Below, piece by piece: positions 8,253 to 16,646 of a stretch of 45,753 bases of DNA. The stretch lies in IMG/VR virus record IMGVR_UViG_2061766007_003026; one strand, 5' to 3'. Made by a program: the position numbers and the translations under genes. The stretch comes from an uncultured virus (IMG/VR IMGVR_UViG_2061766007_003026) (lineage: Duplodnaviria; Heunggongvirae; Uroviricota; Caudoviricetes). The stretch's first letter is position 1. Every line of letters starts with the position of its first letter. Under the pieces are notes generated by a model, which did not search any database, had not been told where the DNA came from, and saw only the letters and a program-made list of their open reading frames with translations.

Positions 8253-9437
8253 ATGTCTGCATCAAAACCATGTAATTGTCCTAAATGTGGAGCCCATTTT
8301 GAAAGTATATCTGCTATGAATCGGCATCGCATTGCGGTGCATGGTTTAAGTAAAATTGCTCAGAAGCCGTATAGTTGGGAATGTCCGATTTGCCATATAT
8401 TATGTAAGACATCCGCAGAATTACGTCGTCACCGTCCTACTGTACATGGAAAATATTGTTACCAGAGTAAATCTAGTAATGGTAGTTCGTTGCCTACATG
8501 GGCGTGTAAATATTGTGGCATCATAGTTAATTCTCGGCGTAAATTGTATGAGCATTATAAGGAATGTATTGAAAAGGAAAAACAACCGACCGATTCACGT
8601 GGTCGAGTTATTAATTATGACGGGTTACGTAAAAGTCAAGAAACTAAAAAACAACGCAAGGCATTAGGCGTATATAAACCACGCCTCGTATCAACGAGTA
8701 CAAGAGCTAAATTACGTGATTGTAGAAAGCAATATTTAGCAACCCATCGAGTTAAATATAATTGGACTGGACCACTAAATACATTAAGTTATGCAGAGCA
8801 ATATTTTTATGATATTGTTGAGAAGCGGTGCAAATTTATTCATTGGGTAAATAATTTACGTATCAGTTATTATAAATTGGATTTTGCAAACCTTGATACT
8901 AAAGTCTATTTTGAAGTTGATGGCGAACAACATTATGATGAATATGGATTATATCATGATAAGCAGCGTACCGAACGATTAGAACAATTTGGGTGGAAAT
9001 TAATTGGCAGAGTGCGATGGAAGCTGTTTTCTCGGTTATCTGACATTGAAAAACATGCATATATTGATACACTATTGAATGCCTTTATGTCGAATGAATA
9101 TCATACGATTGACTCATTACATGATTCTCCGACAGTTATTACGTCTAAACGGCAATTACAACATGCCCAACAACTCGCACAAGCTACACTAGAAGGCCGA
9201 GTTGATAAAAATGGGCATATACTTGGTAATGCTAACAGTATGGATGAATGGGTTCGTCGGAAGAATTTAATATTAACGTGTGGTGTTGATATTTCTAAAT
9301 TTGGGTGGGTTGAAAAGGTTATACGGTGTACTGGATTAACTAAACGAATGATTGAAAATACCTTAAAGAAATTTAATAAAGAATTTGATGGTAAATATTT
9401 TAGGCGTAAATATAATCCAGTTGACTGCAAACCATAA
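8253..9437 (+). CDS. Free-standing homing endonuclease: C2H2 zinc fingers plus DUF559/Vsr-like PD-(D/E)xK domain
   Basis: Three CxxC(...H) fingers; LDF...FEVDGEQH...R...GWKL motif; AT-rich; GAGG RBS before ATG 8253. Confidence 0.8.
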   Translation: MSASKPCNCPKCGAHFESISAMNRHRIAVHGLSKIAQKPYSWECPICHILCKTSAELRRHRPTVHGKYCYQSKSSNGSSLPTWACKYCGIIVNSRRKLYEHYKECIEKEKQPTDSRGRVINYDGLRKSQETKKQRKALGVYKPRLVSTSTRAKLRDCRKQYLATHRVKYNWTGPLNTLSYAEQYFYDIVEKRCKFIHWVNNLRISYYKLDFANLDTKVYFEVDGEQHYDEYGLYHDKQRTERLEQFGWKLIGRVRWKLFSRLSDIEKHAYIDTLLNAFMSNEYHTIDSLHDSPTVITSKRQLQHAQQLAQATLEGRVDKNGHILGNANSMDEWVRRKNLILTCGVDISKFGWVEKVIRCTGLTKRMIENTLKKFNKEFDGKYFRRKYNPVDCKP

Positions 9438-9454
9438 ATGAACTATATTTATTT

Positions 9455-9503
9455 TGAGCCGTGGTGCAATTGGTAGCACGCAAGATTTTGAGTCTTGATG
9501 TTG
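9455..9503 (+). tRNA. tRNA-Gln(TTG), 5' part (3' end in gap)
   Basis: D-arm and CAAGA-TT-TTG-AG-TCTTG. Confidence 0.8.
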
Positions 9504-9513
9504 NNNNNNNNNN

Positions 9514-9788
9514 CGTAGCGCGTTACCGCCGTTGTTTTCCCTTGTGCGGGAAAATCTTATCGAAACGCAAAATCCCGTGACTTATCCGGTACGGGAACCC
9601 GCCAGCACCTTACGATACCGGGAAACCCGGCACCCCGCCATATTGTACCTTAGGCGAGTCTGGAGCCTTGTAACCCTAAGGGGTGTCAGGCTGATGCTAC
9701 GTCCGGGAGCGTCCTCCCGGCTGGTCCTCAAACTTTGTCCCGTGCGTTGATTTAGCGCTCGCTTGCCGGCCTAGCAAGCCTATCAGGG
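9514..9788 (-). ncRNA. Central part of the large structured ncRNA candidate
   Basis: Overlaps 2541-2644 and (inverted) 10834-10882; shares a ~120-nt module with 16502-16641. Confidence 0.55.
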
Positions 9789-9798
9789 NNNNNNNNNN

Positions 9799-9990
9799 AG
9801 AGATATGCACTTGGTCCCGGGCTTTATTCCTCTCGCTTGACCCAGGCAACGACGTGCTACCGATTAAGCAGCAGCGGCGTAGGCGAATGCATTGTCAGCA
9901 TTTATCTTTTCGGTCCGTTTTTACGAAGCCACAGACCAACTTCGTGTGAGGTCTCCACAGTCCGATGCCTAGTCGAAACCAAGCACCCCC
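9799..9990 (-). ncRNA. ssrA: tmRNA, 5' half (allele; tag ADNAFAYAAAA)
   Basis: GGGGGTGCTTGGTTTCGAC start, resume context ATAAAT-GCT, tag ending AA-stop. Confidence 0.9.
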
Positions 9991-10007
9991 CGAAGAGATT
10001 TGCTTCA

Positions 10008-10079
10008 TCGGAGTAGCCGGATTCGAACCGACGACATTCTGCTCCCAAAGCAGACGCTCTACCAGGCTGAGCTACACTC
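10008..10079 (-). tRNA. tRNA-Pro(TGG) (first 2 nt in gap)
   Basis: Loop TT-TGG-GA, canonical arms. Confidence 0.88.
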
Positions 10080-10188
10080 NNNNNNNNNNACAGGGTAGCG
10101 TTTTTCCGATTTGCGCCAAAGTTAAACTGTAACTTCTGCCAATCACTTCATCGGGAAGCGATACATGGAACGCCTGCGCTACAAAATT

Positions 10189-10265
10189 GTGGCACTGAAA
10201 TCGAATCAGCAACACACGACTCCACCCATAGGGATATGCCGCCGCTCTACCATTGGCGTAACCAC
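10189..10265 (-). pseudogene. Degenerate tRNA-like element
   Basis: D-loop CAATGGTAGAGC and T-arm GCTGA-TTCGATT-TCAGT present; 5-bp acceptor, no canonical anticodon loop. Confidence 0.45.
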
Positions 10266-10322
10266 TTTCACGCCGGGGTTCCATGATTTGCAATGTTCCC
10301 CGCGCGCCGGGGAACACTACAC

Positions 10323-10643
10323 TTATTCTGGCGCCCTCACCAGGGTGCCTAAATTGCATCTGCCATGTTTCTTAGCAATCGTCTCCAGGCAGGCATCCCA
10401 CCTGCTGTCGCCGACTACCGAGGAAATCGACCACGCCCCGCAATCAGGGTCGTAATTCATGTCCTCCGTCAAGTATAGCTTGCACGACATGTTCGGGAAC
10501 GTACGCATCATGTTCTCGAACGCGACCATTTCCGCATACACGTCAGCGATTTTCGCCAGGTCGACGGACTCGTATACCGTATAGTTCACGCGCTTCTCGT
10601 CCTGGTAGAGTATCGCGTAATGTCTAGTCTCTTCGTTATCCAT
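10323..10643 (-). CDS. Hypothetical protein (allelic fragment at 10893-11069)
   Basis: 106-aa ORF; second copy nearly identical, mostly synonymous changes. Confidence 0.75.
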   Translation of the reverse strand: MDNEETRHYAILYQDEKRVNYTVYESVDLAKIADVYAEMVAFENMMRTFPNMSCKLYLTEDMNYDPDCGAWSISSVVGDSRWDACLETIAKKHGRCNLGTLVRAPE

Positions 10644-11072
10644 ATACTAAATCCCCTTGTTCTGCGGTCCCGCCAGGCTGTGCCTCTGCATCTCCGCCCT
10701 GGGCCTGTACATGTTGAGNNNNNNNNNNTGCAAATCGGAAAAACCCTACCGTGAAGTGGTGAAAGACATAAGCCATGTAAAGGTAGTTAGTTTGGCAGTG
10801 AGATGCTAGGTGGGAAAACTGCCCGTCACGGTCCCCTGATAGGCTTGCTAGGCCGGCAAGCGAGCGCTAAATCAACGCACGGNNNNNNNNNNGGTCAAGT
10901 ATAGCTTGCACGACATGTTCGGGAACGTATGCATCATGTTCTCGAACGCGACCATGTCCGCATACACGTCAGCGATGCTCGCCAGGTCGACGGACTCGTA
11001 TACCGTGTAGTTCACGCGCTTCTCGTCCTGGTAGAGTATCGCGTAATGTCTAGTCTCCTCGTTATCCATTTA

Positions 11073-11366
11073 CTAAATCCCCTTATTCTGCGGCCCCGCC
11101 AGGCTGTGCCTCTGCATCTCCGCCCTGGGCCTGTACATGTTGAGTTCCTTCAGTGTCTTCTCCAGGTCGGAGAACTTGCATTCGACAGAAGCGTTCCCGC
11201 TGGACGTCACCGTGGCGACCTCGCGCTTCATGTCGTACTTAATCCAGGTAACCTCCCCGGTCTCCGGGTTCACGTACCTGGTACTCTCCAGTTCCGACGC
11301 GTGCATGCCCTCGAGGTACCCTTCAACGTACCGGAACTTCCACACGGCAAATACCGATAAATCCAT
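11073..11366 (-). CDS. Hypothetical protein; homolog of 13117..13413
   Basis: WKFR[YF][VI]EGYL...CKF..LEKTLK.L.MYR...RHSLAGPQ shared; GAGG RBS. Confidence 0.8.
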   Translation of the reverse strand: MDLSVFAVWKFRYVEGYLEGMHASELESTRYVNPETGEVTWIKYDMKREVATVTSSGNASVECKFSDLEKTLKELNMYRPRAEMQRHSLAGPQNKGI

Positions 11367-11597
11367 ATAACTACCTCGTTTCGAGTTTATCCAGTGTCGG
11401 CCCGGCTGCCCGCCTCCTGGAGGGACTCCGTTGCAGGCGCTACCGCCGCGAATCTACTGGTGCCCTCATGGCCTTTCGACTTGTCGGCGACGTCTCTACC
11501 TACGCGACGGTGCATCCTGCCGGTATTTCCCCGGTTTCCCGGCGGGCGGCCGGAAAGAATGCGGATACAGGCGGGGATTCCCGGGAGTATCCGGTAG

Positions 11598-11670
11598 TAT
11601 CCCTGTCGTGACTCGAACACAAATCTACGGTTTAGGAAACCGTGGCTCTATCCGGTTGAGCTACAAGGAC
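11598..11670 (-). tRNA. tRNA-Arg(CCT)
   Basis: Loop TT-CCT-AA; trailer CTA. Confidence 0.88.
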
Positions 11671-11675
11671 ATATA

Positions 11676-11763
11676 TCGAGCTACGAGGAGTTGAACCTCT
11701 CCGCACCGCCCTGGTGTCTTTTACGCGGCCCGGGTTATGAGTCCGGCCCAAGGAAATAGCTCG
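11676..11763 (-). tRNA. Non-canonical tRNA-like gene, anticodon CAT, no D-arm, long variable arm
   Basis: Acceptor CGAGCTA/TAGCTCG, CCGGA-CT-CAT-AA-CCCGG, T-loop TTCAACT; D region reduced to TTTCCTTGGG. Confidence 0.55.
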
Positions 11764-11834
11764 TTTAGTTTTTTATAGAAGTGGCTCTCTTCTTCTGAAG
11801 TGTGCATACCGGTTAGCATGCACACTTCAAACTG

Positions 11835-12638
11835 TTAAACTTCATAGAGTTCCCCGGTAAATTCGGAGTATCTATAGAACTTGCACCCAAGCTTTTTCTT
11901 GATTGTGGCCTCACGGATAATGTCTTTCTCCGGTCGAGCCACACCCTCCAAATGATGCTTGTTCTCGTCATACTCGACCACGATATTGAGTTCTTTGTCA
12001 TATGCATCTATCGAATATCTATCTACCCGTATTTCGCCGCCGTTCATTGCATGGACCAGGTGCCAGCCGCGCTCGGCATTCAGCTTGTCAAAATAATTGC
12101 ATGCCTTGATGCTATACCTTGGGCCTCCCGCAGTTTTCTCGAGATATTGCATGGTAGAATCATGCATCTTCCGCTTGGTCTCTTCAGTATGCTTCAGTCC
12201 TGCAAACGTAGGCATCAATTCTCCATTGGCATATAGTGTTCTTGATGTTTCGGCATACTTGCGAACCCGGTCATCGGTAGACGCTGTCAGCCCCTTATTC
12301 CATGCTGAACGTGTTCCATTATGCACCGACTCATTGTATGCTATGCTATTACCCCGTAATATGTTATACGACCGAATATCCATGTTTGGATTTAGCTTGC
12401 ATAATCTTTCATGATTAACCAACGAGTTGCCACTCTTCCGTACATCCCCGCAAAACCTACATATAAACGGGCCTTCCGACTGGGTATATTTTCGCGGTCC
12501 CCTGTATCCGGGTCGCCCTATTAGTTTACCATCTTTATTACTCTGCTTGCCACAGAATATTCTCTTGCAATGGTCAGAGCAGAATCGCCCGCTTCCATAT
12601 GTTCCATCATGCTCGATGCCACATTGTTCACATGTCAT
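11835..12638 (-). CDS. Free-standing homing endonuclease-like protein (zinc fingers, NUMOD3-like KHTEETKRKM, PD-(D/E)xK-type IDAYD...VEYDE..H)
   Basis: Motifs in translation; GGAGGA RBS; tRNA 5'-half remnant upstream (12662-12704); hairpin downstream (11796-11829). Confidence 0.75.
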   Translation of the reverse strand: MTCEQCGIEHDGTYGSGRFCSDHCKRIFCGKQSNKDGKLIGRPGYRGPRKYTQSEGPFICRFCGDVRKSGNSLVNHERLCKLNPNMDIRSYNILRGNSIAYNESVHNGTRSAWNKGLTASTDDRVRKYAETSRTLYANGELMPTFAGLKHTEETKRKMHDSTMQYLEKTAGGPRYSIKACNYFDKLNAERGWHLVHAMNGGEIRVDRYSIDAYDKELNIVVEYDENKHHLEGVARPEKDIIREATIKKKLGCKFYRYSEFTGELYEV

Positions 12639-12907
12639 GGATAGTCCTCCGGTTTATATCACAAAACTATATCACCTTTGCTCTAACCGATTGAGCTAAA
12701 CCATTATTCTAAACTCGGTGCCCGGGGACGCCTTGAACTGCCTCCACCGACCGTTTTACTCCGCCAACTACCGGGTATACTGGCGGAAACCTTTCGTATA
12801 CATCAATGATGTTAACTGAAGGAACGGGCCCCTTGCCGTTTCATCATCCTCCCCAAGGGTGGACTCCACGGCCGTAAATTTCCCGGGTGCATAGGTATTG
12901 TTTCTAG

Positions 12908-12967
12908 TGTCACGGGGTGGAATCGAACCACCATCTCACCCCTGCTGCAGTCAGAGATGCGCTACCA
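12908..12967 (-). tRNA. Partial tRNA-like gene with 7-bp anticodon stem and loop ACTGCAG (allele of 13895..13971)
   Basis: ATCTCTG-ACTGCAG-CAGGGGT; same T-stem and acceptor strand as 13895; trailer CTA. Confidence 0.6.
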
Positions 12968-13116
12968 NNNNNNNNNNCCTTTAACCAGGCTACGTCTGCC
13001 ACTTCCGTCACAGTAATCGTTTCATTGTTTCTTCCGTTTCTGCTCACGCAGGAAACGCTTCAAAGCCCGCTCGAACGCGGGGTTTGACTTTAGTGATACG
13101 CCTTTCATTGATACCT

Positions 13117-13413
13117 CTACGGTTTCTCCTCGTCATGCTGCGGTCCGGCCAGGCTGTGTCTCTCGCCCAATGGCCGCTCCCGGTACATCCCGAGGTCCTT
13201 CAGTGTCTTTTCAAGTTCGCCGAACTTGCAGTCCAGCGTGAGGCCCTCCCGCTCGATAGTGGCGACATCCTTGGCGGTGTCATACCTAATCCATGCTGTA
13301 TCCGACGTCCGGTGGTCGACATACTTCGTGGTATGCACGTCGTACGCGTGCATATCCTGCAGGTACCCTTCGATAAACCTGAATTTCCATATAGAAAACG
13401 ACGTGATGTCCAT
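13117..13413 (-). CDS. Hypothetical protein; homolog of 11073..11366
   Basis: Clear amino-acid similarity; GGAG RBS; ATAAACT upstream. Confidence 0.8.
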   Translation of the reverse strand: MDITSFSIWKFRFIEGYLQDMHAYDVHTTKYVDHRTSDTAWIRYDTAKDVATIEREGLTLDCKFGELEKTLKDLGMYRERPLGERHSLAGPQHDEEKP

Positions 13414-13445
13414 AATTTACTCCAGTTACGAAGTTTATTCTGTAG

Positions 13446-13534
13446 AGGAGGGTACAGGATTCGAACCTGTGGGGGCTTTTTGGGCCCCTCCCCGTTAGCA
13501 CCGGGGTGCGATAGACCAACTCTGCCAACCCTCC
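13446..13534 (-). tRNA. tRNA-Ser(GCT)
   Basis: Long variable arm, loop GT-GCT-AA; trailer CTA. Confidence 0.88.
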
Positions 13535-13545
13535 TTATGTCTTAG

Positions 13546-13618
13546 TATCCCGACCACGACTCGAACGTGGAATCAGTCCTTAGGAGGGACTAGTTATATC
13601 CTGTTTAACTATCGAGAC
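13546..13618 (-). tRNA. tRNA-Arg(CCT)
   Basis: Loop CT-CCT-AA; trailer CTA. Confidence 0.9.
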
Positions 13619-13634
13619 AAGATGAGAAGCTTAG

Positions 13635-13708
13635 GGTGCACAGCCGGTTTCGAACCGACAACAGCCGGCTCCACAAGCCGGGGCTCTACCAGTTGAGCTA
13701 TGCGCACC
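13635..13708 (-). tRNA. tRNA-His(GTG)
   Basis: G-1:C73 encoded, loop TT-GTG-GA; trailer CTA. Confidence 0.92.
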
Positions 13709-13720
13709 ATGAAACTTTAG

Positions 13721-13796
13721 TACCTCCTCCAGGGCTCGAACCTGGGACCTCCGCGTTCGTAGCGCGACGCTCTAAATCCTACTGAGCTAAGGAGGC
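13721..13796 (-). tRNA. tRNA-Arg(ACG)
   Basis: Loop CT-ACG-AA; trailer CTA. Confidence 0.92.
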
Positions 13797-13806
13797 GAAA
13801 CAGTAG

Positions 13807-13880
13807 TGGACCGGCCTGGACTTGAACCAGGGACCAACGGGTTATGAGTCCGCCGCTCTAACCAGCTGAGCTACCGGTCC
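13807..13880 (-). tRNA. tRNA with CAT anticodon (Ile2-like or elongator Met)
   Basis: Canonical cloverleaf, loop CT-CAT-AA; trailer CTA. Confidence 0.88.
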
Positions 13881-13894
13881 AAAATTCCTGTTAG

Positions 13895-13971
13895 TGTCAC
13901 GGGGTGGATTCGAACCACCATCTCATGCCGGCTGCAGTCCAGGCATGCGCTACCAGTTAAGCTACCGCAAC
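13895..13971 (-). tRNA. Non-canonical tRNA with extended anticodon arm (loop ACTGCAG)
   Basis: Acceptor GTTGCGG/CCGTGAC, D-loop and T-arm present, ATGCC(T)GG-ACTGCAG-CCGGCAT; trailer CTA. Confidence 0.65.
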
Positions 13972-14019
13972 GTGGTGGGAACGGCGATATCCTAGCTTCT
14001 AGAACGCGTCATCGCCCGG

Positions 14020-14510
14020 TTCCCTCTCGGTGTCCTTGCAGGGACTGTACTCATTCCGCCGATGCGGAAACCATCCGGCTCACTCCCAACCGGCTAGGCC
14101 ACTGTAACCAGTGTGGCCAACGGGTCCTTAATGCTCCACGTTACCAGGACGTAGCCGCACTCTGTCTTGTTTTACGTCGTTTCGACGGGCGCACCCGACG
14201 TCGGAACTTGCCGGTGCATACCCGGCTCGTCCCTAATGGGCTCCCGCAATTTAAACCTAGGCTAATCACGGGTACACCCAAACTAGAATCTCGACGGCGC
14301 ATTACTGGACTATCCTTGACGCATTCCCAGCCTCTATACGCAACTTATGCTACTGCACTAGCCCCAAAGGATATACCTGCACGGGCTTACTTACCTCATC
14401 TCCGTCGAGACTTTTCAAACACACTCCCGGATATAGTGCCGGGCTATCACTTTACGCCACGAGGCCGGTACGCGGTCCTCGTTGCAACCCTTGCCCCGAA
14501 AGGGAGGGAA
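14020..14510 (-). ncRNA. OLE-like large structured RNA
   Basis: Closing stem TTCCCTC/GAGGGAA; ordered motifs AAGTCT, GTAAGTA, GTAGCAT, GTTGCGT, GGAATG, GGATAGTCC, TAGGTTTAAA recalled from the OLE 5' half; covarying allele at 15236-15548. Confidence 0.6.
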
Positions 14511-14517
14511 TGAAAAA

Positions 14518-14605
14518 TGGTGGTGCGGCTTTTTTCACGCCACTTAAGCCCACAGCACTGTTGCTAGCATTGTCGTGCCGGGTAGTTGCCAGCTACCATC
14601 TCACC
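14518..14605 (-). ncRNA. Small multi-stem RNA family A (also 15103-15171, 15560-15642, 15651-15720)
   Basis: Covarying 5-bp stem with 7-nt C[CTA]G[AG]CA[AC] loop in four copies. Confidence 0.6.
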
Positions 14606-14611
14606 ATGTAG

Positions 14612-14685
14612 TCGGAGTAGCGTGATTTGGACACGCGACCCTCGGTTCCCAAAACCGATGCTCTACCAGGCTGAGCTACACTCCG
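14612..14685 (-). tRNA. tRNA-Pro(TGG), T-loop TCCAAAT
   Basis: Loop TT-TGG-GA; trailer CTA. Confidence 0.88.
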
Positions 14686-14817
14686 GAAACCGCACGGGTC
14701 AGCCGTGTTAACCCGTCACGGCCTTTAGAGCGCCCCCGAATAGATTTGCGCTTTCTACCGGAGATATCGCGGTACTTACTCCGGAAACCCCGGTGGCTAC
14801 ACCAGGGAAATATCATC

Positions 14818-14892
14818 TGCCCCAGACCGGGGTCGAACCGGTAACCACCACCTTCGGAGAGTGGTACTCTAATCCAATTGAGCTACCGGGGC
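14818..14892 (-). tRNA. tRNA-Arg(CCG)
   Basis: Loop CT-CCG-AA. Confidence 0.88.
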
Positions 14893-15235
14893 TAAATTCT
14901 AGGTACCTCCCGGAGACAACCGGGAGGAACCACGGCGTTGCCTCCAGTGCAGGACTGGCGCATACCGCCAAGCACGTCCGCCTCCCGGTGTCCACATGGA
15001 ATCACCGGTGGCGTCAAGGGTTTGCCCGGTTGTCCCCGGCCGGGCGCCGGGAGCCTCCCGGTTGGCCCNNNNNNNNNNTACCCCGAAAGGAAGGGAATGA
15101 AAGACGCCGTCCTTTTATGACGTTTGGACGATTGGCTTGCGCCAAGAAGCTTGTCGGGCTCCATTCCGCGTAATTTAGTGGAGGTGAGGGGAGTCGAACC
15201 CCTGTCCTAAACGCCATTCCGTTTCNNNNNNNNNN

Positions 15236-15548
15236 GGGACTTTCCGGTGCATACTCGGGTCGTCCCTAATGGGCTCCACGCAATTTAAACCTAGGCTAAT
15301 CACGGGTACACCCAAACTAAGAGTCTCGCCGGCGCATTACTGGGCTATCCTTTACGCATTCCCAGCCGCTATTCCGCAACTTATGCTACTGCACTAGCCC
15401 CAAAAGGATATACCTTGGACGGGCTTACTTCCATCATCTCCGGCGATACCATTTAAACACACTCCCGGTTATAGTGCCGGGCTATCACTTTACGCCTCGT
15501 GGCCGGTACGCGGTCCGCGTGGCAACCCTTACCCCGAAAGGGCGGGAA
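15236..15548 (-). ncRNA. Second allele (5' part) of the OLE-like RNA
   Basis: Colinear with 14203-14510, with compensatory substitutions. Confidence 0.6.
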
Positions 15549-16022
15549 GAAAAAGAAAGTGGCGCGACTTTTTATGACGTTTGGCCCATTGTACAGTCCG
15601 CTAGCAGTGGAGTACAAGGAAATTGTCGGTTTCCATCTCGCCTTGTATAAGACGCTGTCCTTTTATGACGTTTGGACGATTGGCTTGCGCCAAGAAGCGT
15701 GTCTGGCTCCATTCCGCGTAATGTTGTCGGGGATACCGTTACTACGTGGGTTTCAACGCCACACGGCGTCCCCTGTGTCCCCGCACGGAGTAGTAGTCCG
15801 ATGGAGGAGCAGTAATGTTGTCCCCTGCCTTCGCGGACACCGGAACCACTCGAAACCGTATGTCCGTTCTACCCGTGCTGAAAGGGCGGTCCTACCGGCA
15901 GCAGGACTTGAAAATTAGTGCATGCCCGCGGTCCACCTTCATCCGCCAGTATTTAGTCACCCCGGACGTGACAATGGGCTCAGGAGCATCGGGAATGACC
16001 CGTACTCACATGCATGCAATAG

Positions 16023-16381
16023 TGGAGGTGAGGGGAGTCGAACCCCTGTCCTAAACGCCATTCCGTTTCAACCGTATCACAATCCATCGTTTTGGGCCCT
16101 GACCTGTTGCCCGGGGAGATGTATCCTTGAGGGGTCCTGGTCCAGTGTAAGATAGCCGGTCTACGACCAGTAACTCACGGCTAAATTCGGGACTTATCTA
16201 CTTGGTCCCGGGCTTTATTCATCCCACTTGGCCCGGGCAACGGCGTGCTACCGATTAAGCAGCAACGGCGTAGGCGAATGCATTGTCAGCATTTATCTTT
16301 TCGGTCCGTTTTTACGAAGCCACAGACCAACTTCGTGTGAGGTCTCCACAGTCCGATGCCCAGTCGAAACCAAGCACCCCC
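16023..16381 (-). ncRNA. ssrA: tmRNA, complete (tag ADNAFAYAVAA); 3' fragment of another allele at 15179-15225
   Basis: GGGGGTG/CACCTCC acceptor with G3:U70 and A73, T-loop TTCGACT, internal tag ORF; trailer CTA. Confidence 0.95.
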
Positions 16382-16387
16382 GAAGAG

Positions 16388-16460
16388 CTCCGGCTCGCCG
16401 GCTCGAACGGCGGACCCCATCATTACGAATGATGTGCTCTACCAACTGAGCTAAGCCGGA
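16388..16460 (-). tRNA. tRNA-Thr(CGT)
   Basis: Loop TT-CGT-AA. Confidence 0.88.
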
Positions 16461-16646
16461 AAAAGGTTCCGCTCACACACCCGGAGAGCGGAAATCCGTC
16501 CGCACCATACGATACCGGTGTTGCCCGGCACCCCGCCATATTGTACCTTAGGCAGGTCGGAACCCGTATAGCCGCTTTTTGCTACCAGGGGAGGTAACGG
16601 CGTCAGGGTGGAGCTACGTCCGGGAGCGTCCTCCCGGCTGGACTGG

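Noticed and set aside
15236..15250. RNase P RNA (GGAAAGTCC on the minus strand)
   Set aside because: The motif lies inside the OLE-like allele and is GGCAAGTTCC in the other allele; the RNase P 3' conserved block was not seen.
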